Assembly (NCBI GenBank): GCA_964388535.1
Contig: CAYMBA010000092.1
Coordinates: 1-10,171, forward strand
DNA: 10,171 nt
Reading direction: 5' to 3'
Source of the DNA: an uncultured bacterium
Lineage (GTDB): Bacteria > Eisenbacteria > RBG-16-71-46 > CAIMUX01 > WJJG01
Position 1 is the stretch's first letter; each line of letters starts with the position of its first letter. The notes beneath the pieces are model-generated. The model ran no database searches and was not told the origin of the DNA. It saw only the letters and a program-made list of their open reading frames with translations. Made by a program: the position numbers and the translations under genes. Shown piece by piece: positions 1 to 7,237 of the stretch.

Positions 1-447
1 GCCCACGAACCTCTCTGCCAGGGGCCGGCCAGCCTCCAGAGCAGCCAGCCGCTCCCAAGCCGCTCGCAAGGCCTCTCGAGCACCAAGGGTGGGCAGGGGA
101 AGTCCCGCAGGATCATCCAAGAGCCGCAGAGAGCCCAACTGCGGCCGGAGGCCCAAGCTGGGTGGCAGTGCGGGATCATCTACCGCGCGGACTGTCGCAT
201 CGATGAGAGCGCCGCGCGGTTCGCCTGTGGGCTCGACCCGGAATCTGAGCCCCCGAAACCGCCAGTAGGGCAAGAGGGGTCGCTCCTCTCTTTCCCCAGG
301 GCCCGAGGATGGATCGAGGATGTAGCAGAGCGGCCCACCCCTTGTAGCGAAGAGGCGCGTACGACAGAAGGAACACTCGATTACTCTATCGCCTGGATCG
401 TTGTCCACCTCGGCCCCGCACTGTGGGCACGAGAGAGAGGCTTTCAT
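1..447 (-). CDS. Zinc-ribbon domain protein, 5' portion; the gene continues past the left edge of the window and its stop codon is not in the window. The N-terminus reads MKASLSCPQCGAEVDNDPGDRVIECSFCRTRLF...
   Basis: Translated by hand from the minus strand, since the ORF track omits edge ORFs. ATG sits at 447..445 (plus-strand 'cat'), and the frame stays open for 149 codons down to position 1. An in-frame TGA lies upstream at 498..496. The N-terminus carries a classic CxxC-X17-CxxC zinc-ribbon motif (CPQCG...CSFC). It is followed by protein-like sequence with helix-like stretches (GAREALRAAWERLAALEAGRPLAERFVG). GC3 is about 70%. The antisense plus frame is also open, but it translates to Q/P/S/R-rich nonsense. 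No strong Shine-Dalgarno is seen before the ATG, only a weak GAGTG. Confidence 0.55.
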   Translation of the reverse strand, partial: MKASLSCPQCGAEVDNDPGDRVIECSFCRTRLFATRGGPLCYILDPSSGPGEREERPLLPYWRFRGLRFRVEPTGEPRGALIDATVRAVDDPALPPSLGLRPQLGSLRLLDDPAGLPLPTLGAREALRAAWERLAALEAGRPLAERFVG

Positions 448-503
448 GCGCCGAGCTGCACTCAAACCAGCCCTCCCCTGAGACAACTGCCGCCCTCAGG
501 CGC

Positions 504-1679
504 CTAGAGCTTTGCACCACACTGGTTGCAGTAGACAGCCTCAGGCCTGTTCTCACTCCCGCATTTCGGGCACCGCTTCGGTTTCGGTCGCTCTTCCACC
601 GGGCTTCCGCAAGAGGGGCAGAACCGTGCCTTGGGTGTCAGGTTCTTGCCGCACACAGCACAGCGGCGCAGCACCAGAAGCTGATGGCCGCAATGGGGAC
701 AGAATCGAGCATCAGCAGGGACTGACAGATTGCATTCCGGGCACTGCGCCTCCGGCTTGGCCGCCCCCGCTGAGCCTGCCCCGGGGGGCACGGGACCCGG
801 AGCAGCCGTACCTGCTGCTGCTCCTCCTCCCTGCGGGCCCCAGCCGGGCCCCCCTAGAAGCCCGGGGATCATGAGGCCCATCCCAAGCCCCATGCCGGAA
901 GCGGCTTCACCCGAGGCTGCCCTCTCGAGTGCCATTGCAGCCTTCATCTTGACCAGGTCACCCAGGTCCGAACCCAGGACGCCTAGCCTGCTGCGATCGT
1001 CCAGCGCCCGCTGCACCTCATCGGGGGGTGTGATCGCATTGATGAACAGGCTTCTCAGGCCGAGCCCGTAGCGTGCGAAGTCCGCCTGCAGGCGCTCGGC
1101 CAGGCTGCCGGCCAGCTCTTCGTAGCGCGACGGGAGGTCAAGAAGGCTCTCCAGGTTCTCGCCCAGATGGTCGTTCAGGCGGGAGACGATGACCTCGCTC
1201 AGGTAAGAGCCCAGGTCATCCTGGGTATAGGACGGCATGGTGCCGACAAGGGAGTTTATGAACAAGACAGGCTGGGTTACCTGCACATCGAATATGCCGT
1301 GGGCTCTCAGGCGGACGAGCCCGAGCTCCTTGTCTCTAAAGGCCACCGGATCCCTCGTGCCCCAGCGCAGGTTGTTGAAGACCCTGAGGTTGACGAAGTA
1401 GACCTCAGCTCTGAAGGGACTCTTCGCGCCCCAGGGAATCGAAAGCACCTTTGTCAGAATGGGAACGTTCTTGGTGGTTAGCGTGTGCCGCCCAGGACCG
1501 ATTGCATCACATGCGACGCCCCCCGTGTAGAAGACCGCAGCCTGGCTTTCACGCACTATGAGCTGCGCACCCGCCTTGATCTCGCCCGAGCCCTTCTCGG
1601 GTATCCTGTGCGCCACCTCCCGACCTGTCGTATCGAACCACTCGAGTACCTCGAGGAAGACGAGATTGTTGGTGCCCAC
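504..1679 (-). CDS. SPFH/Band-7 family protein (flotillin-like, PF13421 / B. subtilis YdjI-type) fused to a Gly/Pro/Ala-rich linker and three tandem C-terminal zinc ribbons
   Basis: The 391-aa ORF starts with GTG at 1679. An excellent RBS (AAAGGAGG, plus 1685..1690 'cctcct') sits 5 nt upstream. The N-terminal ~250 aa carry the motifs I recognise from the YdjI/Band_7_1 family: EVLEWFD, GAQLIVRESQAAVF, PGRHTLTTKNVPIL, SPFRAEVYFVN, WGTRDPV, LRAHG. The C-terminus holds three CxxC-X(12-13)-CxxC units: CPECN..CPHCG, CAVCG..CPSCG and CPKCG..CNQCG. Confidence 0.85.
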   Translation of the reverse strand: MGTNNLVFLEVLEWFDTTGREVAHRIPEKGSGEIKAGAQLIVRESQAAVFYTGGVACDAIGPGRHTLTTKNVPILTKVLSIPWGAKSPFRAEVYFVNLRVFNNLRWGTRDPVAFRDKELGLVRLRAHGIFDVQVTQPVLFINSLVGTMPSYTQDDLGSYLSEVIVSRLNDHLGENLESLLDLPSRYEELAGSLAERLQADFARYGLGLRSLFINAITPPDEVQRALDDRSRLGVLGSDLGDLVKMKAAMALERAASGEAASGMGLGMGLMIPGLLGGPGWGPQGGGAAAGTAAPGPVPPGAGSAGAAKPEAQCPECNLSVPADARFCPHCGHQLLVLRRCAVCGKNLTPKARFCPSCGSPVEERPKPKRCPKCGSENRPEAVYCNQCGAKL

Positions 1680-1684
1680 ACGGA

Positions 1685-1690
1685 CCTCCT
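1685..1690 (-). promoter_or_regulatory. Shine-Dalgarno (AGGAGG) for the SPFH gene
   Basis: The minus-strand sequence is AAAGGAGGTCCGT followed by GTG, a 5-nt spacer to the GTG at 1679. Confidence 0.7.
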
Positions 1691-1888
1691 TTGTAGGGAA
1701 GACGAAAGCCCGGGATCTGCAAGAGGCAGGACTACTTCAGGGGTGAGGCACTTCGGCCGTCGCACCTCGGCGTGTGGAAGGCCAGCCCCGATGAGACGCT
1801 CATGGCTGGAGCGCGTGGGCAAGCTTGCCCGCTCTCCCGGGCGCCCGGCGGCGCCTCCTGCACTCGAGACGCCCCAGCCGCGGCGTCC

Positions 1889-2431
1889 TCAGATCTTCTC
1901 GCCCGCCTCCATTTTCTTCTTAAGATCGTCAAGCTTGCGGGTAAGTGCAGGATCAGAGAGGGCGAGTATCTCTGCAGCCAGGACGGCTGCATTCTTGGCT
2001 CCCGCCTTACCGATAGCCACCGTAGCCACGGGCACGCCCGAGGGCATCTGGACCATGGAGAAAAGTGCGTCCTTACCCTCCAGCGCCGACCCGCGCAACG
2101 GCACGCCTATGACGGGGATCGTCGTCATGGAGGCCAGCACGCCAGGAAGGTGGGCGGCCATGCCTGTGCCCGCAATGAGCACCTTCAACCCTCTCTTCCT
2201 GGCCGTCTGCGCGTACTCCGCTGTGGACTGCGGCATGCGGTGAGCCGAGAGCAGCTTTCGCTCGTAGGGAATCCCGAAGCGATCGAGCACGGCCTCGCAC
2301 TCGCGCATGACCGGCTCATCAGAAGTGCTCGCATAGACGACGCCAACAAGCGGTTTGCGTTTCTTCCCGGACTTCCCGGAGGACTGCGAACCAGAAGACT
2401 TGGATCTGGTGGATCTGGAACCCTTCGCCAT
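1889..2431 (-). CDS. purE: N5-carboxyaminoimidazole ribonucleotide mutase (PurE) carrying an unusual ~25-aa Lys/Ser/Gly-rich N-terminal extension
   Basis: The 180-aa product holds the PurE core: PLVGVVYASTSDEP...GIPYE...AHRMP...KVLIAGTGMAAHLPGV...IPVIGVP. ATG lies at 2431 and a GAGGAG RBS sits 9 nt upstream. There is no alternative in-frame start between the ATG and the conserved core. Confidence 0.88.
   Translation of the reverse strand: MAKGSRSTRSKSSGSQSSGKSGKKRKPLVGVVYASTSDEPVMRECEAVLDRFGIPYERKLLSAHRMPQSTAEYAQTARKRGLKVLIAGTGMAAHLPGVLASMTTIPVIGVPLRGSALEGKDALFSMVQMPSGVPVATVAIGKAGAKNAAVLAAEILALSDPALTRKLDDLKKKMEAGEKI
2402..2419. repeat. Tandem 9-nt direct repeat (ggatctggt / ggatctgga) inside the purE N-terminal extension
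   Basis: Seen directly in the sequence at 2402..2419. On the minus strand it encodes the SRSTRSK low-complexity stretch. Confidence 0.5.
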
Positions 2432-2462
2432 CTCTCGACTCTCCTCGATCAGTCTTGCCCTT

Positions 2463-3809
2463 TCAAGATCCTCCGGGGGAACCAGGATCTTGACCCACCG
2501 GCCCCCCTCCGCGTTCCCTCAGCGCCTTTAGGCCGCGCCACCCTATGTCGCGCCTTGCCCAGGCGCCCTCGAACTCGATGAGCGAAAGCGCCTCGTATGC
2601 CCGGTTGAGGGCCTCCGGCAGAGAGCCGCGAACGCCCACGACATTGAGTACCCTGCCACCGGCCGTGACCAGGCGCCCCCGCTCGAAGGATGTGCCTGCG
2701 TGAAAGACCAGTGTGTCGGGCAATTGTCCGGCCTTTTCCACTCCTCGGATCATGAAGCCCTTGCGCACATCGCCCGGGTAGCCCCTGGAGGCCACAACCA
2801 CACAAGCCGCAGTCCGCCCACTCCAGCGAGGCTCCGGCAAAGACGGCTTCCCTCGCTCGGGATCCGCAGCCTCCCAGAGCAGTTCCAGGAGGTCCCCTTC
2901 CAGAATCGGCACAAGGGCCTGTGTTTCTGGATCGCCGAAACGGCAGTTGAACTCGACGACCCGCGGGCGGCCGTCACTCACCATGAGGCCGGCATAGAGC
3001 AACCCCTCGTACGGTCTGCCCTCACTCGCCATTGCTTCAATCGTGGGCTCGATGATCTCCGTGCGAACCCTCCGCTCGAGGTCCTCATCCCAGCCGACGA
3101 CAGGACAGTAGGCTCCCATGCCGCCGGTATTCGGCCCGGTGTCGCCGTCGCCGGCCCTCTTGTAGTCCTGGCAGGCCGCCAGCAGCACGTATCTCGTTCC
3201 CGACACGACGGCAAAGACACTCATTTCCTCACCGTCCATGAACTCCTCGAACACCACGCGATCCCCAGCACTTCCGAACCGCCTCCTGACCATGATCTCA
3301 TCAATCGCACGTTGAGCCTCCTCGCGGTCGCGCACCACGATGGCACCCTTGCCTGCGGCGAGCCCGTCGGCCTTTATGACATGTGGGTACTTGACGCGCT
3401 CAGCCAACTCACGGGCGTCCTCGATTGAACCCACAACCTCGAAGTCGGCCGTGGGGATGCCGTAGCGCCGCATGAGGTCCTTGGCGAACACCTTGGATCC
3501 CTCTATCGCCGCCGCCTTTGCACTGGGACCGAAGACCCTTACGCCCTCCGCCCTGAGCGCATCGGCCACCCCTGCCACGAGTGGCGCTTCCGGGCCTACC
3601 ACGACGAGATCGACCTCGTGCTCTCTCACTGCCTCGACGACGCTCTGCGCATCCGCGGGATCGCCATCCAGAAGGCGCCCCAGTTCGCCGATGCCGGGGT
3701 TGCCAGGCATCGCATAGAGATTCTCAAGCGCGCCGCTGCGGGCGATGGCCCAGCAGAGCGCATGCTCCCGGCCGCCCGAGCCCAGGACGAGGACATTCAC
3801 CCGGTCCAT
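2463..3809 (-). CDS. purD: Phosphoribosylamine--glycine ligase (GAR synthetase, PurD)
   Basis: The 448-aa product has a typical PurD N-terminus (MDRVNVLVLGSGGREHALCWA) and an ATP-grasp core. ATG lies at 3809 with a GGAGG RBS about 8 nt upstream. A ~20-aa Gly/Pro-rich C-terminal tail follows the usual ...RRDIGWRGL end. Stop is at 2463, 31 nt before the purE start. Confidence 0.93.
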   Translation of the reverse strand: MDRVNVLVLGSGGREHALCWAIARSGALENLYAMPGNPGIGELGRLLDGDPADAQSVVEAVREHEVDLVVVGPEAPLVAGVADALRAEGVRVFGPSAKAAAIEGSKVFAKDLMRRYGIPTADFEVVGSIEDARELAERVKYPHVIKADGLAAGKGAIVVRDREEAQRAIDEIMVRRRFGSAGDRVVFEEFMDGEEMSVFAVVSGTRYVLLAACQDYKRAGDGDTGPNTGGMGAYCPVVGWDEDLERRVRTEIIEPTIEAMASEGRPYEGLLYAGLMVSDGRPRVVEFNCRFGDPETQALVPILEGDLLELLWEAADPERGKPSLPEPRWSGRTAACVVVASRGYPGDVRKGFMIRGVEKAGQLPDTLVFHAGTSFERGRLVTAGGRVLNVVGVRGSLPEALNRAYEALSLIEFEGAWARRDIGWRGLKALRERGGGPVGQDPGSPGGS

Positions 3810-3861
3810 GACACGCCCTCCACCGCCGTCGCGGAATCCTCACACGGCAGCATCCAGCCCC

Positions 3862-5307
3862 TCAGCCCCTGCGCTTCTCCAGTTCCTCCCGCAGAAGTTC
3901 CTGGACCTTCTTTGGATTGGCCTTTCCGCGGGAAGCCTTCATCACCTGGCCCATGAAGAACCTTAGGAGGGTTTCCTTGCCAGCAAGATAGGCGCCGACC
4001 TCTTTGGGATTGCCATCCAACACCTCTCTCACCCAGGCCAACAGCTGGGCGCTGTCGTCTACCTGCACGAGACCCTTCTCCTCGACGATCGCTCGTGCCG
4101 GCCGCCCCGTCTCGACCATCTCCTCGAAGACCTGCTTGGCCAGCTTGCTGCTCAGGGTCCCGTCGGCGACCAAGCGAAGAAGCTCGGCCAATGCTTCCGC
4201 AGGCACCGGGCTCCGATCGGCCTCGAGTCGCCTCTCCTTCAGCACCCTCAGCAGCTCGGACCCAATGAAGTTGGCCGCAGCCTGTGGCTCGGCTCCTCCC
4301 TCTACGACCCTCTCGAAGTAGTCGCAGAGCGAGCGCTCTGCGATCAGCACCTCTGCGTCGTAGGGCCTGATGCCGTAGTTATCGATCAGCCTCCGCTTCA
4401 ACTGGTCAGGCAGTTCAGGGAGGCTTCTGCCTATCTCCTCGATCCACTCCTCACTGAGTACCAGTGGCGGCAGATCCGGCTCCGGGAAGTAGCGGTAGTC
4501 GTGGGCTTCCTCCTTGCTCCGCATCATCCGCGCTTCACCGGCCACCTGATCCCAGACAAGCGTTGCCTGCTCTATTCGCTCGCCCCGTTGCAGCATCGCC
4601 ACCTGACGCTCGAACTCGAAGCGCAACGCGCGCTCCACGTTCCTGAAGGAGTTGAGATTCTTTATCTCCGTCTTCGTACCGAACTCGCTGGAACCCTTGG
4701 GCCGCACGCTGATGTTCGAGTCACACCTGAGGCTTCCCTTCTCCATGTCGCCGTCACAGACGCCTGTGTAGCGGAGGATCTGGCGCAGCTTGACGAGGAA
4801 GGCGTATGCCTCCTCAGGGCTGCGCATGTCCGGCTCACTCACTATCTCGAGCAGTGGCACACCGCATCGGTTCAGATCGACGAAGGTCCTGGTCTCACCC
4901 ACCCACTCGGGGTGCTTCGACTTGCCAGCATCCTCTTCCAGGTGCATCCGCGTGATCCCGATCCTCTTCGTTGTCCCGTCGACCTCGATCTCTATCGAGC
5001 CCCCTTCGGACAGGGGGTGTTCGTATTGGGTGATCTGATAACCCTTGGGAAGATCGGGGTAGAAGTAGTTCTTCCGCGCCCATGTGCTGACCGGATGGAT
5101 AGTGGCCCCGACAGCGTGCCCCATACGAACGCCCAGTTCCACGGCGTGCTTGTTCACTACGGGAAGCACGCCTGGGTGGCCCAGGCAGACGGGGCAAACC
5201 TGCGTATTCGGTGGGGCGCCGAAATCGGTGCGGCAGGAGCAGAACATCTTCGAGCGCGTCTTAAGTTGCGCGTGAATCTCGAGCCCTATGACCGCTTCAT
5301 ATTCCAC
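3862..5307 (-). CDS. gatB: Asp/Glu-tRNA(Asn/Gln) amidotransferase subunit B
   Basis: The 481-aa product has the hallmark GatB N-terminus ([12 protein letters not shown]...CSC...[13 protein letters not shown]) and a C-terminal YqeY-like tail. The start is GTG at 5307, with a GGAGG RBS (CGAGGAGGTTTCGG then GTG) 7 nt upstream. Confidence 0.95.
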   Translation of the reverse strand: MEYEAVIGLEIHAQLKTRSKMFCSCRTDFGAPPNTQVCPVCLGHPGVLPVVNKHAVELGVRMGHAVGATIHPVSTWARKNYFYPDLPKGYQITQYEHPLSEGGSIEIEVDGTTKRIGITRMHLEEDAGKSKHPEWVGETRTFVDLNRCGVPLLEIVSEPDMRSPEEAYAFLVKLRQILRYTGVCDGDMEKGSLRCDSNISVRPKGSSEFGTKTEIKNLNSFRNVERALRFEFERQVAMLQRGERIEQATLVWDQVAGEARMMRSKEEAHDYRYFPEPDLPPLVLSEEWIEEIGRSLPELPDQLKRRLIDNYGIRPYDAEVLIAERSLCDYFERVVEGGAEPQAAANFIGSELLRVLKERRLEADRSPVPAEALAELLRLVADGTLSSKLAKQVFEEMVETGRPARAIVEEKGLVQVDDSAQLLAWVREVLDGNPKEVGAYLAGKETLLRFFMGQVMKASRGKANPKKVQELLREELEKRRG

Positions 5308-5376
5308 CCGAAACCTCCTCGAGAAGCTTCTCCGGTCACCCGAACGACCGATTTCTCGATTCCACCACCGCGTGCT

Positions 5377-6846
5377 TCAGTCAGCCAGTGGTGCCAGCGG
5401 ATGGGGCCTGTCCTCATCGAACCGTCGGACCAGCCCCAACAGCAAGCCCTCACTCAGCGCCGGTCCCATCAGCTGCGCTCCGATCGGAAGACCCGAGTTG
5501 GTCGACCCGATCGGGAAGGTGACGGCCGGGAAACCAGTCAGGTTGGCCGGAAGCGTAAAGAGGTCGAAAAGGTACATGGCGAGCGGATCGTGGATCTTCT
5601 CGCCAATGCGGAACGGCGGTGTCGGCGTAGTAGGCAGGAGGACTGCATCCACCTCTCCAAAAACTTCATCATACGCCGCACGGATCCGCGAGCGCACCTT
5701 CATGGCTTTCACGTAGTAAGCGTCGTAGTAGCCTGCGCTCAGGGCGTAGGTGCCCATCATGATCCTGCGCTTGACCTCCGGCCCGAAGCCCTCGCCCCTC
5801 GTGCGGAAGTAGAGCGAGATCAGGTCATCGGCCTCCCTGCTGCGGAATCCGTAGCGGACACCGTCGTAACGGGCCAGATTCGATGAGGCTTCCGCACTGG
5901 CAAGAATGTAGTAGGCCGCTACACCCCAATCCGGGTCCGGCAGCTCGATCGTCTTGCACGAGAAGCCCAGGTTCTCAAAGCGCCGGCATGCCTGCCAGAA
6001 CACCTCGCGCACATCAGCCGACACACCCTCCCGCTCCAGCCATCTCCCGGGCACGCCCAGACGCACCCGAGGCAAACTCTCACCGAGGTTCTGCAGGTCG
6101 ACATCGGCCCTCTCGCGAAGGCTCGTCGAGTCGCGCGGGTCATGTCCCCTTATGGCATCGTAGAGCAACGCACAGTCGCGCGCGGTGCGGGCCATGGGCC
6201 CAATCTGCTCCAGGGAAGACCCGAATGCGATGAGTCCGTACCTGCTGACAGCACCGTACTGGGGCTTCAGTCCTACCAAGCCGCAGAAAGCCCCCGGCTG
6301 GCGCACCGAGCCACCCGTGTCGGTTCCAAGCGCACCGAGGCAGAAGCCAGCAGCCAATGCCGCAGCAGAACCTCCGCTTGAGCCACCTGGCACGCGCTCG
6401 GTGTCGTAAGGGTTCAGGGTGGGCCCGTATGCGCTGAACTCGTTGGAAGAGCCCATCCCGAACTCATCCAGGTTCGCCTTCCCCACAATGACAGCCCCGG
6501 CGCGGAGGAGGTTGGAGACCGCGGTGGCGTCGTAGACAGCCCGGTATCCTGCCAGGATCCTGCTTCCGGCAGTCGCCGGGTGTCCCTTGACCAGGATGTT
6601 GTCCTTAACTGCTATAGGCACACCGGCAAGCGGACCTGGCCAATGCCCCCCGTCTATCTGTTCCTGGATCGCCCGAGCGCGCTTGCGGGCCGCCTCAACC
6701 ATGACATGAAGGAATGCATGGATCTTATTGTCCGACCGCCGGATGCGGTCTAGGAACACATCTATTGCGTCCGGCACCGAAATGCGCCCATTGCGGACGG
6801 CGTCGACGTAGCCTGCTATCGTGTCAGGCAACCCATTGCTTTCCAT
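5377..6846 (-). CDS. gatA: Glu-tRNA(Gln) amidotransferase subunit A (amidase family)
   Basis: The product has an amidase signature (GGSSGGSAAALAA, KDNI, GLPIGAQLMG). The ORF track extends it to a GTG at 6909, which would overlap the gatC coding region by 26 nt. The ATG at 6846 (MESNGLPDTIAGYVDAVRNG...) is preceded by GGAGGG 3-4 nt upstream and aligns with the usual GatA N-terminus, leaving a 37-nt gap after gatC. The start coordinate is the only uncertainty, which is why confidence is not higher. Confidence 0.9.
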   Translation of the reverse strand: MESNGLPDTIAGYVDAVRNGRISVPDAIDVFLDRIRRSDNKIHAFLHVMVEAARKRARAIQEQIDGGHWPGPLAGVPIAVKDNILVKGHPATAGSRILAGYRAVYDATAVSNLLRAGAVIVGKANLDEFGMGSSNEFSAYGPTLNPYDTERVPGGSSGGSAAALAAGFCLGALGTDTGGSVRQPGAFCGLVGLKPQYGAVSRYGLIAFGSSLEQIGPMARTARDCALLYDAIRGHDPRDSTSLRERADVDLQNLGESLPRVRLGVPGRWLEREGVSADVREVFWQACRRFENLGFSCKTIELPDPDWGVAAYYILASAEASSNLARYDGVRYGFRSREADDLISLYFRTRGEGFGPEVKRRIMMGTYALSAGYYDAYYVKAMKVRSRIRAAYDEVFGEVDAVLLPTTPTPPFRIGEKIHDPLAMYLFDLFTLPANLTGFPAVTFPIGSTNSGLPIGAQLMGPALSEGLLLGLVRRFDEDRPHPLAPLAD

Positions 6847-6883
6847 CTGCCCTCCACGCCGTAAGGCGAGCTGAAAGCGGGGT

Positions 6884-7204
6884 TCAAAGCTCCTCTCGGG
6901 AACCCTCACGCAGGGTCAGTTCCACCACCGTGGGAACAGTGAAGAAGCCCTCGAGGTGCTCAGGCGCGTTCGAAAGCGCCTCCTCGGCACTCAGCCCCTC
7001 ACGCGGCTCGTCCTCACGCAGCTGGGCCAGCAGGCTCACCGAATGCACCATCGGCTCGACCCCCTCGAGATCCACTTCCTTCAGCACCTGCATGTAGTCA
7101 AGGATCTTCTCTAGATCGGCATGCAGGGAGGCAGCCTCCTCCTCGGTAAGGTCCAGCCGAGCAAGCTTCCGAATATGCTCAATGTCCTCTCGCGTGATCG
7201 ACAT
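6884..7204 (-). CDS. gatC: Asp/Glu-tRNA amidotransferase subunit C
   Basis: The 106-aa product reads MSITREDIEHIRKLARLDLTEEE...LDYMQVL, the typical GatC fold signature. ATG lies at 7204 with a GGAGG RBS about 7 nt upstream. It sits immediately upstream of gatA-gatB on the same strand. Confidence 0.9.
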   Translation of the reverse strand: MSITREDIEHIRKLARLDLTEEEAASLHADLEKILDYMQVLKEVDLEGVEPMVHSVSLLAQLREDEPREGLSAEEALSNAPEHLEGFFTVPTVVELTLREGSREEL

Positions 7205-7237
7205 CGCCTTCCTCCTCTCAGAGCACCCCGCAGCTGC

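Noticed and set aside
176-376. 66-aa minus-strand ORF
   Set aside because: It overlaps the Zn-ribbon gene in another frame, its translation is Arg/Pro-rich, and it has no motif.
90-420. GC-rich stretch with scattered resemblance to bacterial RNase P RNA motifs (GGGGAAGTCC..., CAGAGAGCC, ACCGCGCGG, ACGACAGAAGG)
   Set aside because: The invariant P4 strands do not pair (GAAGTCCCGC against GGAACACTCGATTA). The GGTGAAA.GGTGCGGTAAGAGCGCACC block is absent. The region is better explained as coding for the minus-strand Zn-ribbon protein. An Infernal search would settle it.
1-507. Plus-strand frame 1 is stop-free from the window edge to a TAG at 505..507 and has high GC3 (~80% over the first 100 codons)
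   Set aside because: Its translation is Q/P/S/R-rich low-complexity sequence, and it is the exact antisense frame of the minus-strand Zn-ribbon gene. It is most likely an antisense shadow typical of high-GC DNA. A real possibility remains, noted in the finding.
1800-1890. Possible intrinsic terminator after purE
   Set aside because: The GC palindromes are not followed by a U-tract on the transcribed strand, so they cannot be called rho-independent terminators with confidence. They are kept only as a finding.
4501-5886. 461-aa plus-strand ORF, along with 1485..2243, 1772..2581, 2700..3428 and other plus-strand ORFs
   Set aside because: All lie antisense to well-supported minus-strand genes (gatB/gatA, SPFH/purE, purD). 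Their translations are Arg/Pro/Gly-rich with no recognisable domains, the classic high-GC shadow-ORF pattern.
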